Assembly: GCA_029856435.1 (NCBI GenBank)
Contig: JAHQXB010000153.1
Location: 1 to 10,046, forward strand
Length of the DNA stretch: 10,046 bases
Source of the DNA: Candidatus Jordarchaeia archaeon
GTDB taxonomy: Archaea > Asgardarchaeota > Jordiarchaeia > Jordiarchaeales > Jordiarchaeaceae
Reading direction: 5' to 3'
Position 1 is the stretch's first letter. Every line of letters begins with the position of its first letter. The translations under genes were made by a program, and so were the position numbers. This document shows, one piece after another, positions 8,014 through 10,046 of this stretch. A model generated the notes under the pieces. The model worked only from the letters and a program-made list of their open reading frames with translations. It did not search any database and had not been told where the DNA came from.

Positions 8014-8024
8014 GAGGCGTGTAG

Positions 8025-8393
8025 TTGTCAGGAAATGAAATTCCCCCACAGGTTCAACATCAAATATCAATGCTGCAGCAATTGCAACAAAAATTGGAAA
8101 TAATTATCACTCAAAGGTCTCAATCTGAAATGCAGTTGAGGGAAACAGAACAGGCTTTAAGTGAACTTGAAAAAATTGAGCAGGGAAGCAGTGTTTACAA
8201 AATGGTTGGAACGTTACTGATAAAAACCCAACCCGAAAAGGTTAAGGAAGAACTTCGGGATAAAAAGGAAACACTTGAATTAAGGGTAAAAACTCTTCAG
8301 AGACAGGAAGAGCGTTCAAGGAAGCAGCTGGAGGAGATGCGGGCAAAGGTTCAGGAATCGCTTCAGCAACGAGGTTTAAGCCCGGCGGGCTAA
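8025..8393 (+). CDS. pfdB: Prefoldin beta subunit
   Basis: EIPPQVQHQI, coiled-coil helices flanking the VYKMVGTLLIK hairpin, and KETLELRVKTLQRQE. TTG start with AGGAGG at 8012-8017. Confidence 0.96.
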   Translation: MSGNEIPPQVQHQISMLQQLQQKLEIIITQRSQSEMQLRETEQALSELEKIEQGSSVYKMVGTLLIKTQPEKVKEELRDKKETLELRVKTLQRQEERSRKQLEEMRAKVQESLQQRGLSPAG

Positions 8394-8394
8394 A

Positions 8395-8685
8395 ATGAAT
8401 GAACAAAAGAAGAGAGATTTGAAAAATTTAATATTGGAGGAACTCGAGGAAGTTTGTATTCTTGCTGAGAATGAAATAAAGAAATATATTTACTCAAAAG
8501 TTCCTAAGAAAGAAGTTAACCAGTTGGAAAGCATGGTTGAATTAGGTTCAGAAGAAAATACGAAGTTAACCATTGAAATAAATCTTGAAGTTGAGTCTTA
8601 ATCTGAACAGGAAAATAAAATGTTAGCAGAAGAGGCACTGAGAGTAGCTATGAAGGCTATAGATGGAAGGCTATTAGGGTTATAA
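8395..8685 (+). pseudogene. DUF3194 (MTH677-like) family gene interrupted by an in-frame TAA at 8599-8601
   Basis: The N-terminal part (ELEEVCILAENEIKKYIYSKVPKKEV...LTIEINLEV) resembles DUF3194. The same frame continues after the TAA as SEQENKMLAEEALRVAMKAIDGRLLGL* (stop 8683-8685), ending 2 nt before the next start codon. The family assignment rests on recognition and position after pfdB. Confidence 0.7.
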
Positions 8686-8687
8686 CA

Positions 8688-9686
8688 TTGATCCTAAATA
8701 CGTTTAAAAACTTCTTCATTAATCATATTCAAAAGATTTTAATTATTTGTCACCAAAACGCAGACCCAGACGCATTGTGTAGTGCTTACGCCATAAAAAA
8801 GCTGGTCGCACACATTTTTCCAGAAATCGAATCCTTAATAGCTGCCGATGATATAAGTAAAGTCTCAAATGGGGTATTAGAGGATCTACAGGTATCTTTA
8901 GCTAAAGATATCACGATTGATATGTTTGACGCCTTTATAATCGTTGACACCAATAATATTGAACAACTAGGTTGCTACCGCTCAGTAGTAAACCTTTTAA
9001 AACCCATACTGCTCATTGACCATCACACACCCCATATATCTACAACCCAATTTACCAAGCACCTAATAATTGATGAGGCATCTACCTCAACTGCCGAAAT
9101 AGTATACAACCTTTTTAAGGAAGCGGGCATAAAACCGAGTCAGGACACTGCTACGGCTTTGCTTATGGGAATAACCTATGATAGTAAACACTTTCTTTTA
9201 GCAAACGCCTCCACCTTTAGGGCCGTCACTGATCTTATAGACGCAGGCGCGGACTACAGCGCGGTAATTGAGAGACTTAGCACTACAATGTCTAGATCAG
9301 AAAGGATGGCAAGGCTGAAGGCTATTAACAGAGCGCAAATACATGATATTAAAAATTGGTTAATTGCCATTTCACATGTAAGTTCTTATGAGGCTAGTGC
9401 CTGCAGAGCACTTATCGAGACAGGAGCAGACATAGCAATAGTGATAGCCAAAAGAAAAGAGGAAATTAGAGTAAGTGCTAGATCCACACAGAACATTTAC
9501 AAAAAAACAGGTATTCATTTGGGAAAACTTATGGAGGAACTGGGCGCCACAATTGAAGGTGTCGGTGGGGGGCACTCAACCGCCGCCGGTTTTAATGGGA
9601 AAAATAGCTATACTAAAGTTATCAAATATTTACTCAAAATAATTGAAGAAAAGTTAGAAAATGCACCACCAGGCCCTCTGGATTAA
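8688..9686 (+). CDS. DHH/DHHA1 family phosphoesterase (NrnA-like nanoRNase/pAp phosphatase or exopolyphosphatase-related)
   Basis: HQNADPDALCS, IVDT, LIDHH, STSTAEIV, GITYDS and C-terminal DHHA1 SARS...GGGHSTAAG; TTG start. Confidence 0.92.
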   Translation: MILNTFKNFFINHIQKILIICHQNADPDALCSAYAIKKLVAHIFPEIESLIAADDISKVSNGVLEDLQVSLAKDITIDMFDAFIIVDTNNIEQLGCYRSVVNLLKPILLIDHHTPHISTTQFTKHLIIDEASTSTAEIVYNLFKEAGIKPSQDTATALLMGITYDSKHFLLANASTFRAVTDLIDAGADYSAVIERLSTTMSRSERMARLKAINRAQIHDIKNWLIAISHVSSYEASACRALIETGADIAIVIAKRKEEIRVSARSTQNIYKKTGIHLGKLMEELGATIEGVGGGHSTAAGFNGKNSYTKVIKYLLKIIEEKLENAPPGPLD

Positions 9687-9740
9687 AAAAGTTAAAATGA
9701 ATTTATTAATGCTGAATGATCACATTTGATTTATTGTTAA

Positions 9741-9768
9741 ATTTTTGCTTTTCTTTTGACTAATACCC
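9741..9768 (+). terminator. Possible archaeal oligo-T terminator after the cluster
   Basis: T-rich tract ATTTTTGCTTTTCTTTTG about 55 nt after the DHH stop codon. Confidence 0.3.
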
Positions 9769-9813
9769 GTTCTTATTTTCTATGCTATCAGGTATAGAGG
9801 GGAGGTTTTCATT

Positions 9814-10046
9814 CTATATAGGCATAGGTAGGTATGCGTTAGCATACCTGCTGTATGCGTAGTGGAGCTGAGGCTTCACAACGTCATATAGCTCCCTCAC
9901 GAGTTCATAGGGAGCCTTCTGCTCGCCCCTGTCTGGAAGCACCCGCCCACAAGAGTCGGGAGGATGTTTTTGTCCCACAATCCCCTCTCGTGGGGAACTC
10001 CCTCCATCTTCAGGTACAGGTTGATTGCAGCGTTCAATTGCCTGTC
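9814..10046 (-). mobile_element. tnpB: 3' end of a tnpB-like gene (IS200/IS605/IS607 family RNA-guided nuclease family), truncated by the window edge, with a probable frameshifted tail
   Basis: The minus-strand frame from 10046 reads DRQLNAAINLYLKMEG..., matching the TnpB C-terminal DRDxNAAxNI motif. This frame stops at 9899-9897; a second frame runs from about 9924 to TAG at 9816-9814. GC is about 56% over 9841-10020, clearly above the AT-rich host DNA next to it. Confidence 0.75.
9830..9849. repeat. Perfect 8-bp hairpin at the tnpB 3' end (candidate omega/reRNA stem or IS right-end hairpin)
   Basis: AGGTATGC (9830-9837), loop GTTA, GCATACCT (9842-9849). Confidence 0.6.

Noticed and set aside
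8599-8601. Pyrrolysine/selenocysteine read-through of the internal stop
   Set aside because: The codon is TAA, whereas Pyl uses UAG and Sec uses UGA.
688-9575. Short alternative ORFs in the track (688-969, 734-940, 1269-1634, 1883-2146, 2512-2703, 4330-4683, 4535-4732, 5114-5434, 6086-6349, 6914-7144, 7217-7414, 9372-9575)
   Set aside because: All overlap well-supported genes on the opposite strand or in another frame and show no recognisable motifs; treated as shadow ORFs.
1-10046. CRISPR arrays, tRNA or rRNA genes
   Set aside because: No regularly spaced direct repeats, cloverleaf-like segments or rRNA-like sequence were seen by eye; the intergenic gaps are short and AT-rich.

Overview
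Archaeal window; the proteins look Asgard- or Bathyarchaeia-like, but the lineage cannot be fixed from sequence alone. The core (3531-9686, + strand) is the conserved proteasome/exosome gene cluster: psmA, SBDS/Sdo1, rrp4, rrp41, rrp42, rpl37ae, pcc1, pfdB, a DUF3194-like gene broken by an in-frame TAA, and a DHH/DHHA1 phosphoesterase. The most interesting part is a tightly coupled two-gene unit upstream (502-3271). Gene 1 is a soluble MtrA-MtrH fusion (corrinoid protein plus pterin-binding methyltransferase, no membrane anchor). Gene 2 starts 1 nt later and has two tandem thymidylate-synthase (ThyA) folds. Its domain 1 keeps the catalytic Cys, RSxD and HxY motifs but lacks the trans-acting Arg-Arg pair; domain 2 keeps only that pair, which suggests a single-chain pseudo-dimer. 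Domain 1 also has Asp at the dUMP-specifying Asn position, the dCMP-type signature. Together they suggest a possible corrinoid-linked pyrimidine (perhaps cytosine) methylation module; this is inference. The right edge holds the 3' end of a GC-richer tnpB-like gene (minus strand) with Gln at the RuvC-III catalytic Asp position, a probable frameshift and nearby hairpins. The left edge may hold the start of a divergent gene.
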